This document shows, in pieces, positions 25,727 to 37,318 of a stretch of 64,000 nt of DNA. This DNA comes from Pocillopora damicornis. Its lineage: Eukaryota. Where the stretch lies: NCBI RefSeq assembly GCF_003704095.1, contig NW_020843703.1:62001-126000 (forward strand), written 5' to 3'. The notes below the pieces were generated by a model. It saw only the letters and a list, made by a program, of their open reading frames with translations. It was not told where the DNA came from and did no database searches. Position 1 is the first letter of the stretch. Each line of letters begins with the position of its first letter. The translations under genes were made by a program, and so were the position numbers.

Positions 25727-28665
25727 ATGGCCTTTTCCAAGCTTTTAACGCCAACCCTAAGAAGTTCGTTCTGTTTGAGTCTGCTGGTGTTCTGTGGTAA
25801 GTGGGATTTAAACAGACTGTTGTCGTTAACTAAGTCAAATTACTGAACCGGCTTGAAAGTATTAATTATGTACCAAAATTGTGAGCAACAGAAAAAAAAA
25901 ATTATTTGGAAAACAGGCCGAGCTATGGGGAAAAACATCTTCAGCGGACAAGTGAAACAATTTGTTAATCATCAAGTAGAGGTTACTGAGGAATTAATGA
26001 AACGCCCTGTCGATGTTCAGAGTCAGCCCATATTTATCCGACGAACAGAACAATTATTTCATTTTTAATGTTGCATGAAAAAAAATTTTTCTCCTTATTT
26101 TTCGCAACCGCTTTCATAATTGCTGAAGGCACACTCGGCAATGTTGGTAATTTAAGCAATACGATTAGTTGCTTATGCCAATCGACAATTACATTTTCTG
26201 TAAATGTGCTTCTTCTATTCACCCCGATTTTAAGTATGATTGTCAAATTTTAATTCTCGAAAAAAAAGGGGAAAAATAACGATAAATTGAACTATCGTGG
26301 CAGCGGTCATTTGGAGCATCGTTTTTCTTTTTTGCAACATGACATTCCTGTCTGTCTAAGTAAGAAATCATCCGAAAGAGCGCTTCATTTAAAGATCCTA
26401 GCTTTTTGTTCAAACGGGATTAAAACCCAATATATATCTTTGTTTGGGGTCATGCAAAGCTACCATAATTCTATATTTTTAGGTCAATCTTTTCTTATAT
26501 GACTTAAATATTCATCGTCTCCGTCATTTTGGCTGTGTGTCAAGTTCCTTGATATAATAATCTGAGGAAGGCGAAAGTCGATATTATCTGTCACTGTAAC
26601 TTTATTCTGAGGCCCATTGTTAAGGGCATCGCAACAGCTAAATGTATAACTACACCCCAAAAGAATATTAACTTGTATACCCGTATTTCACGCAGTGCTG
26701 TCAACGGATTACAACAGAATTTTGATATTCAAAGAGCCCATTTTCAATGCTGCACTCACCGGCCACATCATTAGGACAGTAAAAGTGTCTGACGATGGGG
26801 GCTGTCGAGTGATGTGCTATATGGAACCAAACTGCGTGTCCTTCAATGTTGGACCTTCAGATGACGGAACCCGTACATGTAACTTGAACAACGCCACAGA
26901 TGATAGCGTATCACCTACTAGTCTGGTCGATAGACCAAATTTTTCCTACAACGGTGCTGAGGTAAGCTTTTTTCCCTCTGGCTTATTAAGTTTTTTATCA
27001 TCATTTTTGTTAACGCTCTTGTTTCTCCCTTCTTGATTTTCGTTATTTTCCATGAGATTGCGAAGCTTTCTCACTACGTCTTTTCATAAAGGTAAAACTC
27101 AAGTCGTAATTCAGAACTTTGGTCCAGCGCGCAAGTGGGGCTGTTCTAAGAGTCGTGCCTTATCGCACGCGTACCACATCGCACGTGAGCCTCTTTGCAC
27201 TCGTTTCTTAGAGCACGCAGGTACGCGTGTCGTATTACAAGTTGAGCGTGTCATACAGGATACTGCTTGAAACAAAGCCAAAAAAAAGTTGCTATGCCTG
27301 CTTTTGTTTTCCTTAGTAAATATATGTACATCTGCAAATTTGTGACAATCTTAGCTTGCCGTGTCAAGAAACACGTTCCCGTGCGTTTACCTTAGTACTC
27401 TTTTTCCTTGGAGGGTCACAACTTGATATAACCTTGTATGATAAGTCTCCGCAGTCCTTTCCCATCTCCATGCCTTTGACCTCTAAGAGTGCACGTGATT
27501 AGCAAGTAATTTCTCCTTACAATACTTACCACCTCTTAATAAAGTATTAATGTCGTGAGAATAAAGAAAATGGTTACCAACCAACAAAAGCTCTTGATTG
27601 TTAACTCAATTCTCCTTGTCTGCACCTTTGGATATATGTTAAAAAAAGTATGCAGAATATGGATACAGATAAAAGGATGTAAAAGGTTTAAAGCGTGAAG
27701 AAATTAACCACTTCAATGAGAAATAAAGAATCACTGGCCGGGTTTCTACTTGACAATACTAGAAGTAATTATAGATAACTCGTTTCCTTCTTTTGAAAAT
27801 AGAATTTTTGTCTTGGGGACCCTTGCCCAGGAGAGAATTCGGTTTGTCAAGTGGGATTCACAAAGAAAGGCTTTAGATGTAAGTTCCTTGAGCGATGTAA
27901 TGAAGGTGAGTAGTTTACTGATGAACTGGTGCCTTCTGACTGAACCCTTCATTTCCAAGAGAAGCCAAAAAGAATTTTTTCTTTTCAATCTGAATACATT
28001 TTCAAGCAATAAGGAGACGATGGGAAAACTTTAATTTGGGGACGTTGTTCGATTTGACACGAAATTCTTAATGCCAAATATTTTGAAGCAATGTATGGAG
28101 TACACTGCTGCGAAATGACAATTTGATCGTGGAAGTGAAAGGGTTAAAGAATGAATTGATTTTCATTAATAAAATGGAGTTATCAAAACATTTATCTTGC
28201 TCTCCTCCCTCAGGCTTCCTTCGAGGTGAGGCTTCTCTCAGTGGTTCATGTTATAAGCTCATAACCAAGGCTGAGACTTGGAGCAACGCTAACGCCAAAT
28301 GCAAAAGCCTCGGAGCTCAGCTGATAAAGATCGAATCAGCTTTCGAGAACGACTTCCTAACTCAAGCCTTTTTCAAAGGAACATCGGAAGCTTACTGGAT
28401 TGGACTGAGCGATCAGGTGCATGAGGGAAAATGGATCTGGACTGACGGTAGCTCACTGGGAGCCAATGATTACAGCCATTGGGGAAATGATAACCCCAAT
28501 AACTATGGCAGGAATCAAAATTGTGGGCAGATTGTGAGAGGAGATTTCAAATTGGGATCACTTCAGTTGAAAGGTTTTAAAGATGGAGAGTGGAATGACT
28601 TCAGGTGTGATTTTCCTCTCGGCTATATCTGCGAAAAGAAAATATACTCTGAAGAGAATGAGTAG
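25727..28665 (+). CDS. Secreted PAN/apple-like + degenerate EGF + C-type lectin protein (gene A)
   Basis: Exons 25727-25796 (signal MAFSKLL..LLVFC, GTAAGT donor), 26696-26961 (CxxxCYMEPNCVSFN..C), 27803-27905 (EGF-like), 28214-28665 (CTLD: YWIGL, WTDGS, NPN, WND, YICEK). Intron phases 1/0/1 are consistent. Confidence 0.82.
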
Positions 28666-29060
28666 CAAAAGCACCAGTTAATTACCGCTGCTATTTATCC
28701 CTGAATGATGGCTGAGCCTGTCATTGCCTTCATTATTTTATGTTTTTCTCTTTTAAACGAGAATCAATTTTTATCAAATGGAAACAAAGTTTTTTTTATC
28801 CGGAAATTGATCGAGCCTGTTTGTTTGGAGGGCAAATTTTTTTTTTGTCACAATAAAGTTTATCTGGTCCTAAGATGAGGCTTTGTAATGTTCTTATGAA
28901 CCCCACCTTAGTAAAAATTAATTGGCAGTCGACTTTCAATATTTCCCCCTTTTCTACTTTGTTGGAGAAGACGAATCCCTCTTCCGTTCCCCCTGAAAAC
29001 CATTTGACTCAACAAAATCCTCCATCCCCCCACCCATGTGATAAAAAAATGATTAGTCTC

Positions 29061-29256
29061 TTAACCCTTTAACTCCCGTGAATGACCAACACAGAATTTC
29101 TCCTAACTATATCATGCAGAAGAGTGATGAGAATAAAGAAAAATATCAATAAAGGGATTACTAATTGATCCGATACCAAAATATCTAAACTAACATAATA
29201 AGAATCGCAGACAGTAAGGAAAATTACTAATGAGATCTTGGGAGTTAAAGGGTTAA
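29061..29256. mobile_element. MITE family 1 copy (piggyBac-like ends)
   Basis: Perfect TTAA-CCCTTTAACTCCC ... GGGAGTTAAAGGG-TTAA. Confidence 0.85.
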
Positions 29257-29921
29257 TCGAAAAAAGATTAAGAAACCATAAAGATGAGAATATTTTCAAA
29301 AAAAGGCTGAGTGGTAGACAGAAAAAACTTATGAAATGAATCAATTCTTGCCCTTTTCCTCTGGAATGGGCTTAACTCTAATTCTTTTTTATGTATACAG
29401 AAATGTTGTTTAACTAAAGTAGTCGCTTTAGACAAAAAAAGTGAATGAAAACACTGAAGAAGTCTTCAGGCAAACATCACGATTTTTGCAGATGTGCAAA
29501 CATTTACCTAACAAAAAGCCTATTGTTCCTGGGGTTTCTAGGTAAGAAAAATTTCTATTAGAATGATGATCCTTCGACAGAAAGAAGGAATATGTAAATG
29601 TGAACATATTTGAAGTGATAGTCTTACAAAAATGCTCTAGCAAATGACAAAAGTCGAAAGTAAAAATTTGAGGTCTTCAGGGGCGATTTCTTTTAACAAA
29701 TATTCACATTAATTTTGGCACTTCATCAGAGCAACCAGCTGTTTCTTGGACAACGGGCAGTGGGTTAATTCTTTGTTTCTAACAGGTAACGTCAGTGATA
29801 TTTACTCCTGTTAAAAGTAATATATTTTACAAAAATAAAACATTAACATGGACACGCTATTCAGTATTGAAGACTACTGAAACAGGAAGACCTAACTAGC
29901 GGAGATGATCCATGTTAAAGG

Positions 29922-32900
29922 ATGGGTTTTTCGAAACTTGTAATAGGAATTGTTCTGTTTGTCATCGATATGTGGTGTGCTGGTAAGTTTATTTGTAATC
30001 AACGTCTTGGTAAATCATTAACGTTGTGTTCCCCGTTTTCCAAGAGATAAGGGAACAATAAGGGAACAGAAGTTAGCGTTACACATTACACTGTGAATTT
30101 TATTTGATAAGCATTGTGTATCATTTAACTGCTAACGCATAAATATAAAAAATTGCATTCAAGGTCCAATTCTTTAATAACTCAACGAGGATTCACCCAA
30201 ATATTTTATAAGAGCGACAGAAATAACAAATAAAGCACAATGCGTTTTTCTTTCTTATTTGCGTAAGGGTGATCGTTTAAGAAAGAGCATCTAGAGAGAG
30301 TAGAGAGAGAAAGAGAGAGTAGAGAGAGAGAGTAGAGAAAGAGAGAGAAGAGACTGAAAGAGCACCTAGAGAGATTATTCAATACTATATGTGACACAAA
30401 CGCAATTTGCTGTATATAAATATTGCAAATAATTTAGTTGAAAGAGCTGTCTTCTAAAGAAAGCCGCCGGATATCTAGTTAAAGCCTATATATGCCGCAC
30501 AATTTTCACTGAATGTTGGTTTGTAACTAAAAAAAAAACAAAAAAACCACCAGGATCGGTAAGAGGAGACAAGAGGAAAAAAAAATTCATATTTCTGATG
30601 TCTTTTTTCAAATTGCGTGGTTTGTTTTCCCGTAAAATTTTCTTAAACATCAATGCAATAATTATGCAGTATCCTTGCTTACACAAAGCACAACAATATG
30701 GTTGTTAGGAAGAAAGATCATTTAGATAATGGAACTGAATGATGATTCACGTCACTAATTCCCTCGATGAGGGGGGCATTGGGGTCTGTTAGAAATCGCA
30801 AAACAGCAAAAAAGAAAAAGAAAACAAGACAAAACAAAAAAACCAAAAAAATCTATCAACACCGAAAACCGCATGCAAAACCGATAAATTTTCACATTCC
30901 AGTTTTCAAACCCTTATCGATCCGATACAGAGGTGACAAGTGAAGCAAAATGGGTTTCGCGGCTATGAGAGACCCGTGGAGGCGAAAAATTGCCGCTTAA
31001 ATCGAATAGGAACCGGAATCCAAATAGGAAAAACCGAAAACCACATCAGATACCAAATCCGAAAACCTATGAGTATTTTTGACGAAGACCGAAAACCAAA
31101 TGCTAAAAAACGGTAGATCCGCAAATCGCAATGAACACCACAACAGCAAAAACGAACCGAAAAACCGCATTAAAAAATAGCCAAAACCCCTAAACCAAAA
31201 ATCCTAATGCCTTTTTTCTTGCTCCGTAGGACATGAATGAAGTTTTAGTTTTAGTCGATTTAGTTAAGCTCTAGTTAACCGAGTTTATGCGTGATATAGT
31301 GAGTTGTATTTCTAATTTAAATCACCACCACTGATGACTATCCTATGAAACTGATTAAGATTCACTGTTGCTAAGTATTCATTCCATTCAAAAAATAGCC
31401 TGAGGGAAGGCACAACAGCTATAATAAGTAAAGCATGCATTAATCGTCATTAACTAGTAGCAAAAAAGGACATGTAAAACAGTAACTTCTCTCAAAAGCA
31501 AAGTGGAATAACCCTTAAGTGATTTATCAGATGATGTTTTTCTTTTTCGCTGAAGATGAAAAGAGTAAAAATGAGGTCATAAGAGAAAAAAAAAAAAAAA
31601 AAGGGAAAAGCCTTGTCACCCAGAGGTACTGCTTAACATAACAACATCAAGAGGCTTTTAAAGAATTCATCGCCATAAAAGTCTTGATATGAACAGCGTA
31701 AAATGTATGTTAAGTCATGCTGGGGTAATGAGAGCGTTCAGCCTGATAATCGAATATCATTTAACAGTTTAAATGAATCGCGTAGACTTCAAATGTTAAA
31801 ACTCAGGGTAAGTGATGTAAACCACAGGACCAATATTTTTGCAATTAAGCATGATGACAAAACAGAAACTGTGATCAGTTTTGATATATGAATAAGGAGA
31901 TCCCTACACATCCCTACTCATATCCATTTGATTTATCAGCTGATGTTTTTTCTTTTTCGCTGAAGATGAAAAGAGTAAAAATGAGGTCATAACAAAAAAA
32001 AAATGAAAGGGAAAAGCCTCGTCAACCAGAGGTACTGCTTAACATAACAACATCAAGAGGCTTTTAAAGAATTCATCGCCATAAAAGTCTTGATATAAAC
32101 AGCGTAAAATGTATGTTAAGTCATGGTGGGGTAATGAGGGCGTTCAGCCTGATAATCGAATATCATTCACCAGTTTGAATGAGTCGCATAGACTTCAAAG
32201 GTTAAAACTCATGGTAAGTGATGTTATTAATTACTGGTGGATTTGACATCACATCAACCACAAAGCCTGCGTGACTCTTAATGGGCATTAAGTGTGTCTT
32301 GAGTGCTCGTAATTAAGGAGTGGAACGCTGTAAACAATGCTTTAGTTTTCTCCTCTCATTTTCAGCGAGGTCAGTTAGTTTTCCCTGGAACCGATTTGTT
32401 CATCCCTTTGACCTTCACCTACAAAATGCCGAATACTTAGCAATCGTTATGTCCATACAGACTGCACGCCTAATAAGGCTGCCACCTGAAAATTGTAGAG
32501 AAACCACAGGACCAATATTTTTGCAATTAAGCGTGATGACAAAATAGAAACTGTGATCAGTTTTGATGTATGAATAAGGAGATCCCTACACATCCCTACA
32601 CATCCCTACACATATCCATTTGATTTATCAGCTGATGTTTTTCTTTTTCACTGAACATGAAAAGAGTAAAAATGAGGTCATAACAACAAAAAAAAAAATG
32701 AAAGGGAAAAGCCTCGTCAACCAGAGGTACTGCTTAACATAACAACATCAAGAGGCTTTTAAAGAATTCATCGCCATAAAAGTCTTGATATAAACAGCGT
32801 AAAATGTATGTTAAGTCATGGTGGGGTAATGAGGGCGTTCAGCCTGATAATCGAATACCATTCACCAGTTTGAATGAGTCGCGTAGACTTCAAATGCTAA

Positions 32901-35203
32901 AACTCAGGGTAAGTGATGTTATTAATTACTGGTGGATTTGACATCACATCAACCACAAAGCCTGCGTGACTCTTAATGGGCATTAAGTGTGTCTTGAGTG
33001 CTCGTAATTAAGGAGTGGAACGCTATAAACAATGCTTTGGTTTTCTCCTCTCATTTTCAGCGAGGTCAGTTAGTTTTCCCTGGAACCGATTTGTTCATCC
33101 CTTTGACCTTCACCAACAAAACGTCGAGTACTTAGCAATCGTTATGTCCATACAGACTGCACGCCTAATAAGGCTGCCATATGAAAATTGTAGAGAAACC
33201 GCAGGACCAATATTTTTGCAATTAAGCATGATGACAAAACGGAAACTGTGATCAGTTTTTGTGTATGAATAAGGGGATCCCTACACTACCATATCCACCA
33301 CTTAGATATATTGAAGTGGTTGCTCGCTTAAGAGAACTCACAAATGTCGTTTTCAGTAAACATATACAGCTTCGCTGCGTTATCAGCCTTACTTCCTTTT
33401 CACCTTACAGTGCTTTCCAAAGAATATAGTCGGATTTTAGAGTTCAAGGAACCAGTACCAAACAAAGCGCTTAACGGGCACTTGATAAGAGCAGAAAAAG
33501 TGGCCGACGAAGGAAGCTGCCGCGTCTTCTGCTATTTGGAGCCAAATTGTGTGTCCATCAATGTAGGTCCGCAAGAAGATGGCGGTAGAATTTGCGAATT
33601 AAACAGTAAAACGGATGGAAGCTCCTCACTTTCCGCACTGCGGCAAAAGAACCAATACACTTACTATGGAATTGAGGTATGAGATAAAAGAATTGGTTTA
33701 TTAATTTAATTGCCCCGAGTCACAAGTTCAGTTCCACATTTGCTCTATTATGTGAATTTTGTACCGGAGAAAAACATGCTAAAACAGTCGTTACCGAGTA
33801 ACTTCATAGCACCTGGAAGTTTGTTGATGAAAAGTTAGCAGATTATTAATGTAGTATGATAAAGATTGAATATATTTATGAGAAGTACCAACAGGACACT
33901 GATATTGGCTAGGCATCTCCTATGAAGAGAACAAAAAGTTTCGATTTCTTTTTTGCAGGATAAGTTCATGTACAAAACGACAAAATGATCTCCCGAATTA
34001 TTTCAAATGGATGACCAGCCCTGTTGATTTTTTTATCTGCAGTATATGACACTGTTATCATAAATCCACAGTTGACAAATTAAGATTGAAATTATTTTCT
34101 GACACAGAATCCTTGCCGCAGCAACCCTTGTGCCAGAGAGGGAAAATTGTGTCAAGCGGGATTCACTGAGAAAGGCTTCCGATGTGTTTGCCGCGAAATG
34201 AGCGAAGAGGGACACTGCAAAGGTTCTTATATCACCAATGCAATGAAAATCAACTCACTCTTGATCAAGAGGGACCTACATCTTTTATCATCCTAAAATC
34301 TCACCCCTGAATCGCACGTTAAGGACACAGGAATAAAGGAAATGATCACCAACTATAGGAGCTCTTGATTGTTAAACAAATTCCCCTTTTCCCCATCTAA
34401 GAAATTGTATAGAGAACAGATGGAGAATGTTTATTCTGGTTGGGGTGCAAAGAGATAATCCATAAAAAATGGACTCTTATCGTCTTCAAAAGTATACCGT
34501 TGCAGTGTAAAAAAAGCGTGTAGCTCTCGATAAAATATCCAATTTTATCCGTTCATTTCTTGCCATCTCGATTTCTACTTTTTTTTCTACTCTCCCATGT
34601 CATCTGTACACAACGTGTAACGATCAGCAAGCTGCAAGCCTTCCGTCTGTCATACCGAGATTTCTGTAATCAAATTTACCTTTCACACTCAACAACACAG
34701 TAAAAGAAAGGGTGATGCATGAACTATAATGCTACCTTATCTTGATATTTTACTGTGGACATGTGCAAACATGAATCCAATATGAAAGATAACGCAGGTT
34801 TGCTAACTATTTTGCATTGATTTTATTAGACTGTCCTACCGATTGGAAACCGTATGGAACCTCTTGTTATGCTGTATTCACCACTGAACTTTCTTGGAAA
34901 GACGGAGAAGACCACTGTAATTCAATGAATGCACGGCTGGTGAAGATAACCTCTAAGGATGAGGCTGCTTTTATTCGTGAGGATCTTGGTGTCAACTCTC
35001 AAAATACAGCCTATTGGATTGGCCTTCATGAAAAAGAGTCCAATGATGAGTGGAAATGGTCTGACGGAAGTGAGCTAGATGTGTTTATCGACTGGAATAC
35101 AGGAGAGCCAAACATAGGGTCCATAGCTTGCGCTGTGCTGTTTGATGGAAAGTGGCGCGACAGAAGTTGCTCAGATAAATACAACTTCATTTGTGAGAAA
35201 TGA
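29922..35203 (+). CDS. Secreted PAN/apple-like + EGF + C-type lectin protein (gene B)
   Basis: Exons 29922-29982 (MGFSKLVIGIVLFVIDMWCA), 33411-33676 (PAN-like), 34108-34222 (6-Cys EGF), 34830-35203 (CTLD: YWIGL, EPN, WRD, FICEK). Phases 1/0/1. Confidence 0.85.
30291..30373. repeat. Imperfect (GA)n microsatellite
   Basis: Runs of agagagag. Confidence 0.8.
30770..31212. mobile_element. Non-autonomous TIR element with internal AAACCG-like repeats
   Basis: Ends GGCATTGGG ... CCTAATGCC form an imperfect inverted repeat; many aaaccg units inside. Confidence 0.5.
31520..33297. repeat. ~690-bp tandem repeat (one internally deleted unit and two near-full units) in intron 1 of lectin gene B
   Basis: Units start at tgatttatcag at 31520, 31929 and 32621. 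Unit 1 lacks the segment between gtaagtgatgt and aaaccacaggacc. Confidence 0.92.
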
Positions 35204-36087
35204 TTACAACCACGGGAACTACAGTGTTTTCTGTATTTGTATGGATATGCTTAAAGTACAGTGTGGGATGCAGCTCGAGACATAACCCATAGTCCTCAGT
35301 ACACCAATCACTGGCCTAACATTGAACATTGGAAGAGTAGTACCGCCGGTTTAACAATATCACTTTTAGCTTTAATTATTATCGTGCATAAATAAAGGTT
35401 CTGTTCTGTTTTCTTGTGACTCAGAAACTTTGTCACGTGATTATTAAGTATGAAACAAATAAGGTAACTGATGCATATGATATCAAATAACCTTAATAAC
35501 TTAGAAACCATGAACACATTCAGCCATTAGTGAAATTCGCGAGAATGTAATTCCATTAGTTTTTTTGAAACCAAAAGTTCGTTGGTTCCATCTGTCGTGC
35601 CTGCCGCTCGAAAATCTCGAATTGACGCCAGTTAACAGGGAGGCAAGAACTGAATTTCAATCCGAGACAAGTTCAATGCTGGTTCGACTGATTGCTAACA
35701 CTTTCCATTTTTAAATTCCTTTTTCTGAAAAAGGAAAATATATCCAAGTCCAAACTGCTGAATAACTCAAACAGAGAAAATTAATCATTGCAGTCAACAG
35801 CGTTCGCATAGACGTATTAATCCCTCATTGCAAACCATTGCATTGTTTGAGAAACCTGTCGTTTAAACATTCAAGACTCTGAACGTTGAATTGTTTACTT
35901 TAGAGAAAGCCCTTAGGCTCTACGAGACAAATGACAGCCTGGCATTACAAAATATGAAAGGCTGTCCTGAAAAAATGACTGAGACAACGTATATTGAGAT
36001 GATGATCTTTGATGATCCAATCAGCTCAACAGAAAGATGAAATAATTGCAAAATTGCGCTAATTTTAAAGAGAAACAAAAAAGTTAC

Positions 36088-36990
36088 CATGTATTATCGA
36101 TCACCTACGCTTTTTCTTCGTCCAGATCCGTCCAGAACTCATTGTTTTTGAAACAAGAGGCCGCTGATCTAAGCAGCTAACAACAACAACGAACGAAACT
36201 AAAGTCTAAATTCGGGTCAGATCATAAATACAAATGCTTTGACAGACCACAGTGTTGGAACTAGTGCTGGTTTGTTGAAATAGACATGTACCCTCCCTCA
36301 GAGAGTGCGTCAGGGATGACATCATCAGATCCTTTTCACCTTACAGTGCTTTCTAAAGAATATAGTCGGATTATAGTGTTCAAGGAACCAGTACCAAGCA
36401 AAGCGCTTAACGGGCACTTGATAAGAGCAGAAAAAGTGGCCGACGAAGGAAGCTGCCGCGTCTTCTGCTATCTGGAGCCAAATTGTACGTCCATCAATGT
36501 AGGTCCGCATGAAGACGGCGGTAGAAGTTGCGAATTAAACACTAAAGCGGATGGAAGCCCCTCGCTTTCCGCACTGCGGCAAAAGAACCGATACACTTAC
36601 CATGGAATTGGGGTATGAGATAAAAGAATTGGTTTATTAATTAAATTGTCTCGGGTCACAAGTTCAGGTCCACATTTGCTCTATTATGCGAATTTTGTAC
36701 CGGAGAAAAACATGCTAAAACAGACATTACTGAGTAACTTCATAGCGCCTGGAAGCATATATTAATGATAGATCACCTATGCTTTTTCTTCGTCCAGATC
36801 CGATTGTTTTAGAAACAAGAGGCCGCTGATGCAGCTAACAACAACAACGAACGAAACTAATATCTAAATTCGGGTCAGATCATAAATGCAAATGCTTTGA
36901 CAGACCACCAGTGTTGGAACTAGTGCTGGTTTGTTGCATTAAACATGTACCCTCTCCCAGAGAGTGAGTCAGGGATGACATCATCAGATC
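36088..36990. repeat. ~235-bp direct repeats (36088-36331 and 36756-36990) flanking the orphan PAN exon
   Basis: gatcacct..gctttttcttcgtccagatccg ... gggatgacatcatcagatc occurs twice. Confidence 0.9.
36347..36612 (+). pseudogene. Orphan duplicate of the gene B PAN-like exon
   Basis: 36330-36755 is a close copy of 33394-33819. Frame is open and both splice sites are retained, but no EGF or CTLD exon follows. Confidence 0.75.
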
Positions 36991-37318
36991 TTCAGTGCGA
37001 CTCATACAGCAACTGCAAACGGCAAAAGGGAACTCTGACTTCCCCGACTTTTCACAGTCCATATCCCAACCCTATTCTTGTTCACGACACAGGCATTAGT
37101 CTAAGAAGATACAAACTCAGAGTTGCACATATCAAAATCTTGGATATTGATAGTTCCTTATGATTCATAGCCCGTAAATAAATTGGGTTACAAGCATTTA
37201 AAGTTATCCTCAACATTCAGTTCACAAATCTCCGCCCAGGTAGGCATCCAGCGATCGGAACCACATCGAACTGGCTGCCAGTACCCCTTTAGTGTAATCG
37301 TTTGTTCTGTTTATGTTT

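Noticed and set aside
32320-33251. Duplicated 75-78-aa ORFs
   Set aside because: GTG-start ORFs inside the intronic tandem repeat with no protein features.
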